This document shows positions 30,835 through 42,283 of a DNA stretch of 64,000 bases, in pieces. Made by a program: the position numbers and the translations under genes. This DNA comes from Opitutales bacterium (GTDB lineage: Bacteria; Verrucomicrobiota; Verrucomicrobiia; Opitutales; UBA2987). The stretch covers positions 160,001 through 224,000 of the forward strand of contig CBDDEL010000010.1 of the NCBI GenBank assembly GCA_965226885.1, written 5' to 3'. Numbering within the stretch: the stretch's first letter is position 1; every line of letters starts with the position of its first letter. Below the pieces are notes generated by a model. The model was not told where the DNA came from and made no database searches. It worked only from the letters and a program-made list of their open reading frames with translations.

Positions 30835-32489
30835 GGTAGTGTATAAAAAAAGAATGTTATTTTGTATTTTTAGCTGTACAAATAGCGTTAGGCAGTTTAT
30901 TCTTAGTGCATGGTTACTAAAATTATTAATTGTCGGCACTGTGGAAGTGAAAATATCATTAAATTTGGCAAGACGCCCAACCATAAACAGCGCTACCGCT
31001 GCCATGATTGTGGTAAACAAAGCCGCGAAAACCCCACAGTGAAATACACCGAAGAGCAAAAAGAAATGATCCTTCGAGTCTATCAGGAACGCAGCAGTCT
31101 ACGCGGTTTACAGCGCGCCTTCGGGGTGAGTCCCAACACCGTTTTGAGTTGGTTAAAAAAAACGACAATCGCTGCGACCGCTCAAAAGCACGATTCTTGC
31201 GGCCCGCCGCCATGATGTCATTGAACTGGACGAACTGTGGTCTTTTGTGGGGCGCAAGAGCGATGCCCAATGGGTTTGGATCGCTCTTTGCCGACGCACC
31301 CGTCAAATCCTCTCCTATGCCATTGGGCCTCGGGATTGGTATCGTTGCCGGGAACTTTACGAGCGTCTGCCACGGGCCTACAAAAGATGTGCCACCTACA
31401 GCGACTTTTGGAGCACTTATGATGAAGTCTTTCCTCATAACCGATCCGTGGGAAAAGAAACCGGTGAAACGGCCCATGTGGAACGATGGAACAATACCCT
31501 GCGCCAACGACTGGGTCGTTTCACACGCAAAACCCTCTCCTTTTCCAAGCTTTTAAGAGTATGCATGAAACCTGTCTGAGACTTTTCATTCATCAATATA
31601 ATCAAGAATTAGCCACCATTCCTACTTAATACACTACCCCCAGATGAACAAGCACAGGACGCGAAAATGCATGACCAAAGACTTCGAGAATGACAGCGTT
31701 TTACGCACATAGCGTGACAGGGACTGTCGCAAGGTATTGTTCCAGCGTTCGATATGGGCGGTTTGGCCGGATTGTTTCCCGCTGGCGCTGTTGTGAGGGA
31801 AAACCTTGTCGTAGCTTTCCCAGTAATCGCTTACGGTGGCACAGTCGCGATAGGGCTGGGCGATGTTGTGATACAACTGCCAGCACGTTTGATCGCTACG
31901 ATCACCCAGAGAAAACCCGACGACCTGTCGGGTACGTCGACACAAGGCTACCCATAGCCATACCTGCCCCGAACGCTTATCGCCCCAGAATGACCACACC
32001 TCGTCCAGTTCCAGCACATCACTACACTGGCGGGCAAGCAGAGTGGACTCCAGCTTCGGCAAACTCAGGACTTTTTTTTAATCCATTCGATGACCGTCTT
32101 TGGGGCTACCCCGAAGGTACGGTAAATGGCACGCAGGCTCATCCGGTTTTGGTGCGCACGGAGCACCTGCTTGACCAGCGCCGGAGGATGCTCACGACTT
32201 TTGGGGTGAAGCCGAAACTGATAACCACACCCCTTGCATCGATACTTCTGAACCCCTTTCGGATCCTTGCCGTGCTTGATGATGTGATCGCTTCCGCATT
32301 GAGGACATTTTACTGTGATATGGACCATTCCCAGTTCACAACATAATCACGCTAAAAAGTACAGCTTAAACATTCAAAATGTTAACACTACCCTTTTCCA
32401 AGCTTAAGAGTATGCATGAAACCTGTCTGAGACTTTTCATTCATCAATATAATCAAGAATTAGCCACCATTCCTACTTAATACACTACC
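30835..32489 (+). mobile_element. Compound IS1: full type A (30835-31638), truncated type B on minus (31639-32392), type A right end (32393-32489)
   Basis: One 8-bp TSD GTCAGGTT brackets the whole compound; the A copy has a TT insertion at ~31552. Confidence 0.92.
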
Positions 32490-32496
32490 GTCAGGT

Positions 32497-33489
32497 TTAC
32501 CCCTCGGAGCTATCGCTTTTGTTTAAGAGGTGTTTGCTCTCCGTTATCTGCCAGAGGAGGATTGCGGGCAGGCCGGTCAGGATGCTGCGGGCGCGCACAA
32601 TAAGTGCGAGGGCCAAACCGGTTTCGGGTGCGATCCCGAACAGGATGCTCAGAAGCATATAACTGCCCTCCTGCACCCCTAGGGCCCCCGGAATGATGAA
32701 GGAGGCGTTGCGGACAGCCTGGGTAAGACCTTCGAGCACAATGGCCACAATGATACTGACCGGATTTTCCAGAAAATACATGATGATGACGATCTGTAGC
32801 GCATTGGCCAGCAATCCGAGAAAGCGCCAGGAAAACCCGATAATAAGGTCCTTGCGGCGAGTATAGATAGAATCCAGCGCCCGGTCCAGCCCAGCAGCGT
32901 TGCCAACGAGGGATTGCCCATCGCCTACCCCAACTTTGACAATGCTTTCGAGCTTGTGGGCCAGCCGGGTGAACAGATTAAGCCGTTGCGCCATATAAAA
33001 CCCGAGGATCAAGACCGAAAAAAAGGCTAATCCGATAACGGCGGCAAAGACTATTTCGTTTGGTCCCTTAACCAAAAAAAGGAGGAGTATACTGACAAAA
33101 CCAAAAACGGACTGGCAGACGATGGCCACGGTGACATCGGCGACGACGCTGGCAGCGGCCAGGGTTCCGGGCACGCCTTTGACCGAAAGCAGGCGAACGC
33201 GCACGTACTCACCGCCCACTTGCGCCACCGGCAGCAATGAGTTGACCGAACCGCAAATCCAGCGCAAGCGCAGCAGGGTGAGCAAGGAGGGCCGTTTATC
33301 CGGTGGCAAAAGACGCCGCCAGCATGCGGCGCTGGCAGCCAGGGGCAATACCTGGTAAAGGCAAACGGCCAGAAGGCCCCATCCAATATTCGTTGCGGCC
33401 GCAAAGACATTACCGGCCCCCTGATGAATAATGAGGCCGAGAACCACCAAAAATCCCAATATCCAAAAAAATAGCGCAGCCCTCTTCAT
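32497..33489 (-). CDS. Lysylphosphatidylglycerol-synthase-domain / HpnL-like membrane protein
   Basis: VNSLLPVAQVGGEYVR and FIIPGALGVQEG motifs; multiple TM helices; likely start MKRAALFF. Confidence 0.85.
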   Translation of the reverse strand: MKRAALFFWILGFLVVLGLIIHQGAGNVFAAATNIGWGLLAVCLYQVLPLAASAACWRRLLPPDKRPSLLTLLRLRWICGSVNSLLPVAQVGGEYVRVRLLSVKGVPGTLAAASVVADVTVAIVCQSVFGFVSILLLFLVKGPNEIVFAAVIGLAFFSVLILGFYMAQRLNLFTRLAHKLESIVKVGVGDGQSLVGNAAGLDRALDSIYTRRKDLIIGFSWRFLGLLANALQIVIIMYFLENPVSIIVAIVLEGLTQAVRNASFIIPGALGVQEGSYMLLSILFGIAPETGLALALIVRARSILTGLPAILLWQITESKHLLNKSDSSEG

Positions 33490-33672
33490 AAAATTTAAGC
33501 GACGAGTTAAAATGGGCTTCCCTCCCCAGAGCAAGGTTTTGCTGTGGATATATTGAAAACTTCGAGCTGAAAAGACGGTCAATTCTGTCAGCGGGTTCCC
33601 GGCAAGGCCCACACGAACCGCTTGTTTGGGCTTGCTGTGCTTTCCTTCCCTCCGCTATCAAATTAGAAAACG

Positions 33673-34857
33673 ATGCAGGCCATACTCTATAAAGCAAAAA
33701 ACGAACCTTGGTTTCGGCTTGGCGGCATGACCCTGCTGGAGCGAAACTTGCGCTACCTGCAAGCCGAGGGCGTATCGCGGGCAACCGTTGTCCTGGCGAA
33801 GGGGGAAAATCTGCCTGCCTTAAGCATCCCGCGGCCGCTTCATCTTTGGCCGAATATCGAGTTCAGGGAAGATGGCATGACAAGTCTTGAGCAGGCCATG
33901 GCCAATTTTACCCTGTCCGATGGCGATGCCGTTTTCATCTACGATGCCAACACCCTGGTCGATCGAAGGGCTTTGGCGGCGCTCAAATCCTGGGATTCTA
34001 CTAGCCTGCTTTTGGATTTCGGGGACCAACCAATGATCGCCTGCCAACGCCCCGACAATCAAACCTTCGATCAGGCCAAGCGCATTTCCATCGGCCACAT
34101 TTCCCCTTATGCAGGCGATATTCGCGGAGATTATCCGGTTTTTATCCTCAAGGTGGGCGAAGAATCGCAGGTCGATGACGCCTGGAATATTTTAATCAAG
34201 CGTCAGCAGAAACGGCAGAATGATTTTATAGAAAAATACACCCACCCGCATATGCAGAACTGGATGGTGAAAAAAATTTGCGACACCGCCGTTACCCCCA
34301 ACCAGATATCGCTGCTTGTCATCGTCGTGGCAATTGCGGCCGCTTTTCTCTTTTATTACGGATTCTACTTTACTGCTTTCCTGGCGGCCTTCGCAGCCAC
34401 CGTTTTGGACGGCGTGGACGGCAAATTGGCGCGTGTCAAGCTGATGACTTCCAAGGTGGGAAAACTAGAGCATGTGTTCGATTATTTCTACGAAAACGCC
34501 TGGTATCTATGCCTGGCCGCCCACCTCGTAACGATGCAAGGTTTCATCGCCTGGAAAGTGGGAATCTCAGTCGTTCTCTTTGACACTCTGGACAAGATTC
34601 AAACGGCGTTATTTCAAAAAAAGGCCGGGCGAACCCTGGACGAAATGTCCGTATTCGACGAGCACTTCCGCCTCATCGGCTGCCGCCGCAGCATCTCCCT
34701 GTTCATCCTCCTTGCGCACTTCATCATTCTGGCCCCCTATGTCGGTTTAAAAACCGTCCTCGTATGGGCCGTCGCCACGGCAGCGATCCACGCAGGTCGA
34801 ATCGCCTGGCATCTCAACAAAAAACCCGAAAATCAAATCAAGCCTGACAAACGATAA
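33673..34857 (+). CDS. CDP-alcohol phosphatidyltransferase with a degenerate N-terminal nucleotidyltransferase-like domain
   Basis: TPNQIS and DGVDGKLAR...G..LEHVFD signature; N-terminal LGGMTLLERNL. Confidence 0.85.
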   Translation: MQAILYKAKNEPWFRLGGMTLLERNLRYLQAEGVSRATVVLAKGENLPALSIPRPLHLWPNIEFREDGMTSLEQAMANFTLSDGDAVFIYDANTLVDRRALAALKSWDSTSLLLDFGDQPMIACQRPDNQTFDQAKRISIGHISPYAGDIRGDYPVFILKVGEESQVDDAWNILIKRQQKRQNDFIEKYTHPHMQNWMVKKICDTAVTPNQISLLVIVVAIAAAFLFYYGFYFTAFLAAFAATVLDGVDGKLARVKLMTSKVGKLEHVFDYFYENAWYLCLAAHLVTMQGFIAWKVGISVVLFDTLDKIQTALFQKKAGRTLDEMSVFDEHFRLIGCRRSISLFILLAHFIILAPYVGLKTVLVWAVATAAIHAGRIAWHLNKKPENQIKPDKR

Positions 34858-34884
34858 TTGGATTAAGCCAATTTTGTTAATCTA

Positions 34885-36701
34885 GAGGCTGTCCCAAAAG
34901 GGTGATTTTTGCGAGGGCTTTTGATAGGCGCTCATTTTAGAGGTATTTGCATTTGGGAGAGTATCAACTTTGCTCTCCTATGACGTTAGGATACTGGTTT
35001 TGGGGTCCGGTTGCCTGGTTTTCTTTGTATGAGCCGACAGTACGGCTGTGAAAAAGTATTGTCCTTGCTTTTCCGCTCTCTAGGCCGCCGCTTTGGTTTT
35101 TAGTTCGTCTTGCTGGGCCAGCATCTTGGCTACTTTCCATAGGTTGTGCGAGAGTACCGACCAGGCTACGCTGATCGAGCGGTTGGCAAAGCCTTTGCTG
35201 CGCAACCGCCCGGCCTGCCAGCGATTCTTCAATACCCCGATCCGCCCTTCGGTGCTGGCCCGGCGCTTTTGCAATTGTCTGAACAGTGGTTCCTCCATCC
35301 GTTTTTTCAACTGCTTCGGATCGCGTGGACAGAGCGCGTCGTAGATTCCCTCCTGGGCTAACTCCCAGCGGGCCCGCTGGGAGGCAAATCCCCGGTCCGC
35401 GCACATGGCCGCTATGGGTTCTTCCAGGTTGAAGCGGTTCTGTCTTTGCAAACTCTCTTGCATTTGTTCATTTTCGCTTGGAGTTCGGCTGCCGTAGAGT
35501 TTCCAGTCCAGCAGGTACCCTTCAACGCTTTCTCCCAAAAACAGGGTGTTGCCGAACTCGACCTCTTGGCCCGCTTTACCTCGCACAATCACCTGCCCAT
35601 CGAGTTCGTAAACACTCAAGACTTTCTCTGCGTTTTTCACCTGGCGGCCGCCAATGATCCGCTCGTGCGCCTGTTTGATGACCACCGGGATTTGCTCGCT
35701 CATGCGCTCCATCCGGGCGAGGATCTGTTGGACCTGTTTTTCGCTGTAATCGCTTTGCTCCCAGCAGGCTTGCAATAATTCCCGGTGACTGCGGGCATGC
35801 TCCCCGATCCGTTTGAGCAGCTTTTTCATCTGCCTCAAGATACCCTTGCGCTGCCGCGCGCTGTCCTTTCGCCGCCGGCTGTGGGTCATCTGTATGCACA
35901 GCCGATTCATCTGCCGAGCCAAGGGCTCCGGTTCGATCGGCATGCGATGGCGCAAACCGGCCTTCTCGCGGATCAGCCGGATCGCTTTGAGCAACGTGCC
36001 GGCTACATCCTTGAGTAATACCCAGTCCGTCGGCCAATGAATGTTAGCCTCCAAACAGGTGCCGTCGATCAGGCAAATGGTGGGGTCAATCGGCTTGTCC
36101 AATCCCACCTGCCGGGCCAGAAGGGCATCGCCCACCACCTCAGTCAAGGTCCGGTGCAAGGCCCTCAACTGCTCTTCGCTGAAAAACTTCGAGGCCCGCT
36201 CCAGGGTGCTTTTGGAGATGCCCCTGATGCCATCGATCTGCCGGACACGGCAAAAGTCGGCCAACAGATCGCTGCTGCCCAGAGCCCGCGACAAATGCCG
36301 AAACGAAATCCCTCCGAGCAGACGGCCCAGCGTATCCATGCGCAGTGCCTTGATGGCAAAACTGGCCCGCTGCCGCCGGGCCTTTAGACCCATTGGCGGC
36401 CACCCCTCCAAGGCCAGCTCAATGGCCTGCGATTCCACCTCCGAGTCGATCAGCAGCCGATCGATTCGATCAATGGTGGCGCGGAAGTTATCGTAATCGA
36501 GGCACCGGTCGACCACAGTTAAAGCTGGACGCAGGAGGCATTGGATGGCTATATTTTTCATAGAAAGGGCTATATTGATTTTCGCTAACTCAATTATAGA
36601 ACCCTTTTTTGGCCGGATCGAGCAAAAACTTGCTCTTTCCGGCTCTTTTTATCAACGTCATCCAGTTGACTATAAAATCTTTATATTTTTGGGACAGCCT
36701 C
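34885..36701 (-). mobile_element. IS5/ISNCY-like element, intact, 1817 bp
   Basis: 15-bp IRs GAGGCTGTCCCAAAA; 7-bp TSD TAATCTA. Confidence 0.93.
35080..36561 (-). CDS. DDE transposase, 493 aa (IS5/ISNCY-like)
   Basis: IDGTCLEANIHWPTD, RGKAGQEVEFG, ADRGF, RASTEGRIGVLK. Exact family is uncertain. Confidence 0.9.
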   Translation of the reverse strand: MKNIAIQCLLRPALTVVDRCLDYDNFRATIDRIDRLLIDSEVESQAIELALEGWPPMGLKARRQRASFAIKALRMDTLGRLLGGISFRHLSRALGSSDLLADFCRVRQIDGIRGISKSTLERASKFFSEEQLRALHRTLTEVVGDALLARQVGLDKPIDPTICLIDGTCLEANIHWPTDWVLLKDVAGTLLKAIRLIREKAGLRHRMPIEPEPLARQMNRLCIQMTHSRRRKDSARQRKGILRQMKKLLKRIGEHARSHRELLQACWEQSDYSEKQVQQILARMERMSEQIPVVIKQAHERIIGGRQVKNAEKVLSVYELDGQVIVRGKAGQEVEFGNTLFLGESVEGYLLDWKLYGSRTPSENEQMQESLQRQNRFNLEEPIAAMCADRGFASQRARWELAQEGIYDALCPRDPKQLKKRMEEPLFRQLQKRRASTEGRIGVLKNRWQAGRLRSKGFANRSISVAWSVLSHNLWKVAKMLAQQDELKTKAAA

Positions 36702-36748
36702 TAATCTACAAATTACTATAGAGTAAACTCGATATTGGAGGCATCATC

Positions 36749-37144
36749 ATGGAAGTTGAAAGAATCATCGCGATAGTATTTTCCCACCTTATGTTTATCC
36801 TCGGGTTGTCCGAACTCATTCAGGCCAAAACCTGGACCCGCTATACTGAAGAATTTCTCAAGTCCGAGCATTTCGCCATCATACTGACCCTTACCTGGCT
36901 GCCCTTCGGACTAGTCATTGTCAACGGACACAACATCTGGGTCATGGGGCCGCCTGTCATTATCACAATTTTGGGCTGGGTAATGGTGATAAAATGCGCT
37001 CTCTACCTGCTGGTTCCACAAGCCATGCTCGGCCTGGCCAAAAAAATGAGGCCAGCCTACCCAACATTATTCAGAATTTCCGGCGTGGGTCAGATCATTT
37101 TTGGAACTTTCGTCATGCTCGACACCTACAATCGATACGGCTGA
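36749..37144 (+). CDS. Hypothetical 4-TM membrane protein
   Basis: GGAGG ribosome-binding site; HNIW...IITILGW motif; hydrophobic. Confidence 0.75.
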   Translation: MEVERIIAIVFSHLMFILGLSELIQAKTWTRYTEEFLKSEHFAIILTLTWLPFGLVIVNGHNIWVMGPPVIITILGWVMVIKCALYLLVPQAMLGLAKKMRPAYPTLFRISGVGQIIFGTFVMLDTYNRYG

Positions 37145-37155
37145 AATTAAGCGAT

Positions 37156-38433
37156 TCAGCCTTTATTAAAATGCATTCCGATGGCAACGGTTATGGTTTC
37201 GCATACGAATCCGCAAAAAAGCGCTGCTACTCCGATTGTAGCGCCGGACAATCCAGTGTATGGCAACAATATTAAAGCGAGCAATATCGCGATAATCCGG
37301 GAGGGTCCGCTTGGGGCCAGGAATTTTGTTTGGCGTTTCTTTAGCGCGACGCCGTGAAAATAAGATCGGGTGGCAACCACGATGGGGAATAAGGCAAAAA
37401 TGATTAACGGCATCATACAGCCATCTACAATATTGCCACTTAATGCCATCAAATCTATGAGGATGAATTCCCTAACCGGGGTCCAAAAGGCAAGGGCCAT
37501 TGAGCTGAATGAAATCAGTCCGCATAGACAGATGAATTTTTTGATTTGCGACAAACTGTTGGGCTCATTTTTAAAAGCGGAGGCCAAACTGCGAAGCTCG
37601 TTCAGCCACCCATAAGGAATATGACCGAGGGAATAAACAACGGCTAGGACAGCCATCGCTTCAACCCCGTCCGGCCCGCGGGAAATAAAGAGATTGACCG
37701 TTGGCCGGCTGATTCCTTGAACGCTCATGGTCAAAGCCAAGGGCCAAAAAAAGCGCAAGATATAGCCATAGGAAAGTTTCCTTTCCGCTTCCATAAAGAG
37801 CTGTTTTGGTGAAAATCGAAGATTGCCAAGATACGTTACTATAAGATGTGAACAAGCGCCCGTATAAGTTGCCAGGATCGGCAGATGTATCGGGTTATTC
37901 CGTATAAATTCGACTTTAAGCGATATGAGCACGGTTAGAATGCTGACCCCAATTCCGATAAACGTTGCCAGAGCAGTAACCTCAGTGCGATGAGCGCGAA
38001 GGAGTAAACCGGAATAAAAACGGATCAACCCCTCAATAAACGGGTAGGGGATGAAACATAGAAAAACATACCGTATGATTGAGGTCAGGCCGACATCCAG
38101 CCGATGTAAATTTTGGATAAACAGGACGCCCAGAGGAGTAAGCGCCAAAAGGGCCAGAACAGCCCCCATGAGGCAGCAGCCGATCAAAACAAAGTTTAGA
38201 ATTTTCCCTTTTGATTGATGATTTGAACCGAGGACCAAAACGAGCTGGTTCAACTGGCCAAAAGGACTGATAATGAACGCAGTTAGTATCCAGGCAATTC
38301 CAAAACCGGCCAGCGTTTGGGCCGCATTCGGCAAGCGCGCCATGCCGCTATTAACAATCGGTCCCCCCAATTCATAAATCACCAATGTTAGAAATAACGG
38401 AAATATAAAGCGTGTGAAACGACTGTAGAGCAT
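37156..38433 (-). CDS. ANKH-like (MATE/MOP superfamily) polytopic transporter
   Basis: FWPLAL...[12 protein letters not shown]...[12 protein letters not shown]...FWTP...[13 protein letters not shown] matches animal ANKH motifs as I recall them. Confidence 0.8.
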   Translation of the reverse strand: [425 protein letters not shown]

Positions 38434-38525
38434 TTCAAATCAATTGCTCACATTTCCTTAAACCAACGTTTACATGCATTTACTGTTGTATTGTCTGGTT
38501 GGTTCGATTTCACCTAAAAATTTAG

Positions 38526-41500
38526 TCATGCGACTTCTTCGGCGGAACCGGTATCTTTGTTGAAGCGCATGGATACAAGTTTGGAGATGCCTTTTTCCTG
38601 CATGGTTACTCCGTAAATGCTGTCGGCAGATGCGATGGTGCGCTTGTTGTGCGTTATGATAATGAACTGGGAGTATTTGGTGAAATTCTGCAGCATGGCC
38701 ACAAAGCGCCCGATGTTGGCGTCGTCGAGAGGCGCATCAAGTTCGTCGAGCATGCAAAAGGGGCTTGGCTTTACCATGTAAATGGCAAATAGAAGGGCCA
38801 CCGCAGTCATCGTTTTCTGGCCGCCGCTGAGTAAGGCTAATGTTTTTAAGCGGGTGCCGGGCGGACGGGCGATAATGTCGATGCCGGATTCCAGAACATC
38901 CTCTTTATCGATTAATTGGAGGTCGGCATAACCGCCCCCGAAAAGAGCGTCGAAGGTATAGGCGAAATTTTTCCGCACCTGGGCAAAGGTATCTTCAAAT
39001 AAACTCTGCGAGGTTTGGTTGATTTTGTCGATCGCCTCCAGCAATTGATCTTTTGACTTCCACAAATCGTCGCTTTGTTCCTTTAAAAATTCGTGCCGTT
39101 CTTTTAATTCCCGATACTCCTCGATCGCTATCAGGTTGACCGGCCCCATCGAAGCGAGTCTCCCGCGTAGGACCTCGACCTCCTTCGTAATTTCATTCCA
39201 ATCGGTGTCATCCAAAGCTTGCAGATCTTCCGTGGAGGGCTCGGCCAACTGCTTTTCTTCCTCCACTTTTTCCAGTGCGTCGGCCTCGTCCAGATCCAGC
39301 CGAACGCGCTGACGGGCCAGTTCACCGGCCTGCCAAAGTTCGTTTTTCCAGTCGACGTTAGGCAGTTCGACCTGATACTCGCGGCGCGCCTCATCGAGCA
39401 AAAAAGAAATCTCGGAATTTTCACGAGCCAGGCGAACTTCATGGCGGTTCAAGGCGCCCTCAGCTGCCCGGTGCTCCTCCCGCTGCAATGCGAGGGCTTC
39501 CTCCCCGGTCTTGATTTCATTTTCCGCCGCAAAATAGGTGAGCCGATTTTTCTCTAACGACTCTTTGGCCGCGTCAAGGGTTTTTTCGATTTCATGGACT
39601 TTGGCCGCCTCATCTTCGGACGTTTTTTCAAGGGCGGCGATCTGCTCTCCAAGAGTGTCGATCTCCTGCTCCCGGCTGATCTTCAATTGCGACAGCTCTG
39701 CGGACTGGCTTTCTATTTCTCCCAAATCACGGTCGATCAGCGCCAATCGCTGCCGCAATTCGGCCACTTCCAAACGGGCTTCGGCGAGACTCTCCCGTTT
39801 TTGGTCGCGTTTCTCCCGAAGTTTTTCCACATCGCTTTCCCCCGTGGTGATTTTCTCCCGCAGGCCGTCGATCTGTGCTTCGCCGCCGGCCAACTCCTTT
39901 TGCGCTTTTTCCAGCCTACTTTGAGAATCGTCCCGATGACGTTCCAGGGCAACCAGTTCTTTCTCCGAAAACTGCGATTTTCGCTTATTTTCCTCGATGT
40001 TTTCGATCGTATTTTTCTCCTGGGCCTGGGCGGCGGAAATTTCCTGAATTGTTTCCATCAACCGGGAGCGGTGGATTTCCACGGCCTCTTCGTCCTTTTC
40101 CAGTTTTTCCAGCGCCTTGTCGGATTTGAGGCGCAAACCCTCCAGCTTTTTCTCTTCTTTGTTTTCCGCTTTTTTCAATTTGGCCAATTCCGCCTTGCGT
40201 TGGAGGTAGGTAGCCGATTCGGCCCGCTTATGTCCGCCATAGACAAGCCCCCGGCGATCGACAAGCTGGCCGCTCTTGGTGGCTGCCAGGAGAAAAGGGA
40301 AGTTCGGGTTTTTACTCCAAAAAGCGAGGAAATCGCCCAGGTTGTCGCAAAAATAGCAGTCCGTAAAAAGACTGTCTGCCAGCGGGCCATCGGAGTTGTT
40401 TTTGGTTTTAACAACCGATCCCGCCGGAATCAGCCAGGAGGGTAGTTTTCCCCTCCCTTTTTGTTCTCGCGGGGCCGGTGGGGCCGTGGGAGCGATTTGC
40501 AGGCAGGCCCGCCCCAGTTTGCGCGATTCCAGCGCTTCCGTTACCGGGACCGCTTTCCCCGAATCGCCAAGCACGATGGTATCCACCGCCGGCCCCAGCA
40601 AGGCAACCAGAGCTTCCGTATAATCGCTCTCCACATTCAGGTTTTTGCTCAGTAGATGAAATGCATCTTCAGGCAGCAGACCGTCCAATTTCCCCTGCAA
40701 TATGGCTTTGGCGCCCTCGCTGAAGCCCTCCAGTTTTTCCTGCAGATCGTGAAGGATGTTTATCCGGGCCGAAATGCCGGCCAATCCACGATCCGCCTCC
40801 TGGATTTCTCCCTGTAATTCCCGAAATTTTTCCTGGGCGACAGCCGCATTTTCCCGCAGTTTTTCCAACTGCGAGTTTTCCTTTTCCCTGTCCTTTTTTC
40901 GTTTTTTAAGAACGGCCTGGATTTCCCCGGATTCTTTTTCCAGCAAGAGGCTTTCCTCCTTCAAACGATAAACTTCTTCGCTCAGGTTGGCGTGGCGCAC
41001 CTGGTAGGTTTTCATATCTACCTCCAGGGTCGTGCAGTTGGAACGCAGGCGGGTGAGGCCGCTCTCGGCCATTAGCAAATCCTGCTTGCATTGCTGTAGC
41101 TCTGCCTCTGACTGGCTGAGCCTTTCCTGCGACTGCATCAGCTCGTTATTGCGCTCCTTGAAGACGTCGTCGGAACTTCCCAATACACTGGCCTGGTCCT
41201 CCCTCTGGCGATTGTCCCCCACAGCCCGTTGGGCCAGGTTTTTTTTGCGTTCGGCTATGTTGGCCAGTTCCTTTTCCAGTTCGACAATGCGGTCCTGCAA
41301 ATCCTTGGCCCGCAAAAGGGCAAATTCTGACTGGTTCTGGGCCTGCTCCCTTTTCGAGGAAAGATTGAAAACGGTCTGCTGCGTCTCCTGCAAGTCATCA
41401 TAGAGGGCGCTCCGCCGGTCCTTTTTTTCAGCCAATTCCTTTTCCCTCCCCTCCATATTGGTGCCGAGAGCTTGCGCTTTTTTACGAAGACCGGCGGCCT

Positions 41501-42239
41501 CCGTCTCCAAACCGGTGATGGACTCGTTCAAACCGCTGTATTTGCGGGCTCCCGAGGCCAGATCGAGGTGAGTCAGGCGGCTTTTGAACCGCTGGTAGCG
41601 CAATGCCTTGGAAGCCTGCCGTTTGAGGGAGCCGATTTGCCGGGAAATCTCCTCCATGACATCGGTCACACGAGCCAGGTTGGTATCGACCAGGGCCAGC
41701 TTGTTGAGGGCCTCGCGCCGCTGGGCCTTGTATTTGGAAATACCGGCGGCCTCCTCGAAAATGGTGCGCCGTTCGGCCGGATTGGTGGAAAGAATCTGGT
41801 CGATTTGCCCCTGCAGCATGAAAGAGTAGGAAACCTGCCCTATGCCCGTATCGAGGAAAAGACGCTGGATGTCTTTCAGGCGGCAGTTCTTACCGTTGAG
41901 GTAATAATCGCTGCCGCCATCGCGCGTCACCCGGCGCTTGATTTCGACTTCGTTGAAGGCGGTGCCCAGTTCCGCCTCGCAATCGGAAAAAACCAGGGAA
42001 ACCTCGCTCAGGTTGACCGGTTTGCGCGCGTCGGTTCCCTGAAAAATGACATCCTGCATGCTGCCTGCCCGCAAGGATTTGGCGCTCTGCTCTCCCAGCA
42101 CCCAGCGGATGGCCTCGGCGATATTGCTCTTGCCGCAGCCATTGGGCCCCACGATGGCGGTCACCCCATCGTCCAAGGAGATCCTCGTGGTATCGGCGAA
42201 GCTCTTAAAGCCGTTTAAGCGAATGTCCTTTAAATACAT
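38526..42239 (-). CDS. smc: Chromosome segregation protein SMC
   Basis: [14 protein letters not shown], coiled coils with hinge, [18 protein letters not shown]; 1237 aa. Confidence 0.97.
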   Translation of the reverse strand: MYLKDIRLNGFKSFADTTRISLDDGVTAIVGPNGCGKSNIAEAIRWVLGEQSAKSLRAGSMQDVIFQGTDARKPVNLSEVSLVFSDCEAELGTAFNEVEIKRRVTRDGGSDYYLNGKNCRLKDIQRLFLDTGIGQVSYSFMLQGQIDQILSTNPAERRTIFEEAAGISKYKAQRREALNKLALVDTNLARVTDVMEEISRQIGSLKRQASKALRYQRFKSRLTHLDLASGARKYSGLNESITGLETEAAGLRKKAQALGTNMEGREKELAEKKDRRSALYDDLQETQQTVFNLSSKREQAQNQSEFALLRAKDLQDRIVELEKELANIAERKKNLAQRAVGDNRQREDQASVLGSSDDVFKERNNELMQSQERLSQSEAELQQCKQDLLMAESGLTRLRSNCTTLEVDMKTYQVRHANLSEEVYRLKEESLLLEKESGEIQAVLKKRKKDREKENSQLEKLRENAAVAQEKFRELQGEIQEADRGLAGISARINILHDLQEKLEGFSEGAKAILQGKLDGLLPEDAFHLLSKNLNVESDYTEALVALLGPAVDTIVLGDSGKAVPVTEALESRKLGRACLQIAPTAPPAPREQKGRGKLPSWLIPAGSVVKTKNNSDGPLADSLFTDCYFCDNLGDFLAFWSKNPNFPFLLAATKSGQLVDRRGLVYGGHKRAESATYLQRKAELAKLKKAENKEEKKLEGLRLKSDKALEKLEKDEEAVEIHRSRLMETIQEISAAQAQEKNTIENIEENKRKSQFSEKELVALERHRDDSQSRLEKAQKELAGGEAQIDGLREKITTGESDVEKLREKRDQKRESLAEARLEVAELRQRLALIDRDLGEIESQSAELSQLKISREQEIDTLGEQIAALEKTSEDEAAKVHEIEKTLDAAKESLEKNRLTYFAAENEIKTGEEALALQREEHRAAEGALNRHEVRLARENSEISFLLDEARREYQVELPNVDWKNELWQAGELARQRVRLDLDEADALEKVEEEKQLAEPSTEDLQALDDTDWNEITKEVEVLRGRLASMGPVNLIAIEEYRELKERHEFLKEQSDDLWKSKDQLLEAIDKINQTSQSLFEDTFAQVRKNFAYTFDALFGGGYADLQLIDKEDVLESGIDIIARPPGTRLKTLALLSGGQKTMTAVALLFAIYMVKPSPFCMLDELDAPLDDANIGRFVAMLQNFTKYSQFIIITHNKRTIASADSIYGVTMQEKGISKLVSMRFNKDTGSAEEVA

Positions 42240-42283
42240 TTATTTTTTGAATAACGGGTAAAGATGTTTGAGGTAAAAAATAT

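Noticed and set aside
39131..42218. Long ORFs overlapping smc, and similar antisense ORFs in IS elements and sugar genes
   Set aside because: Shadow frames of GC-rich coding sequence.
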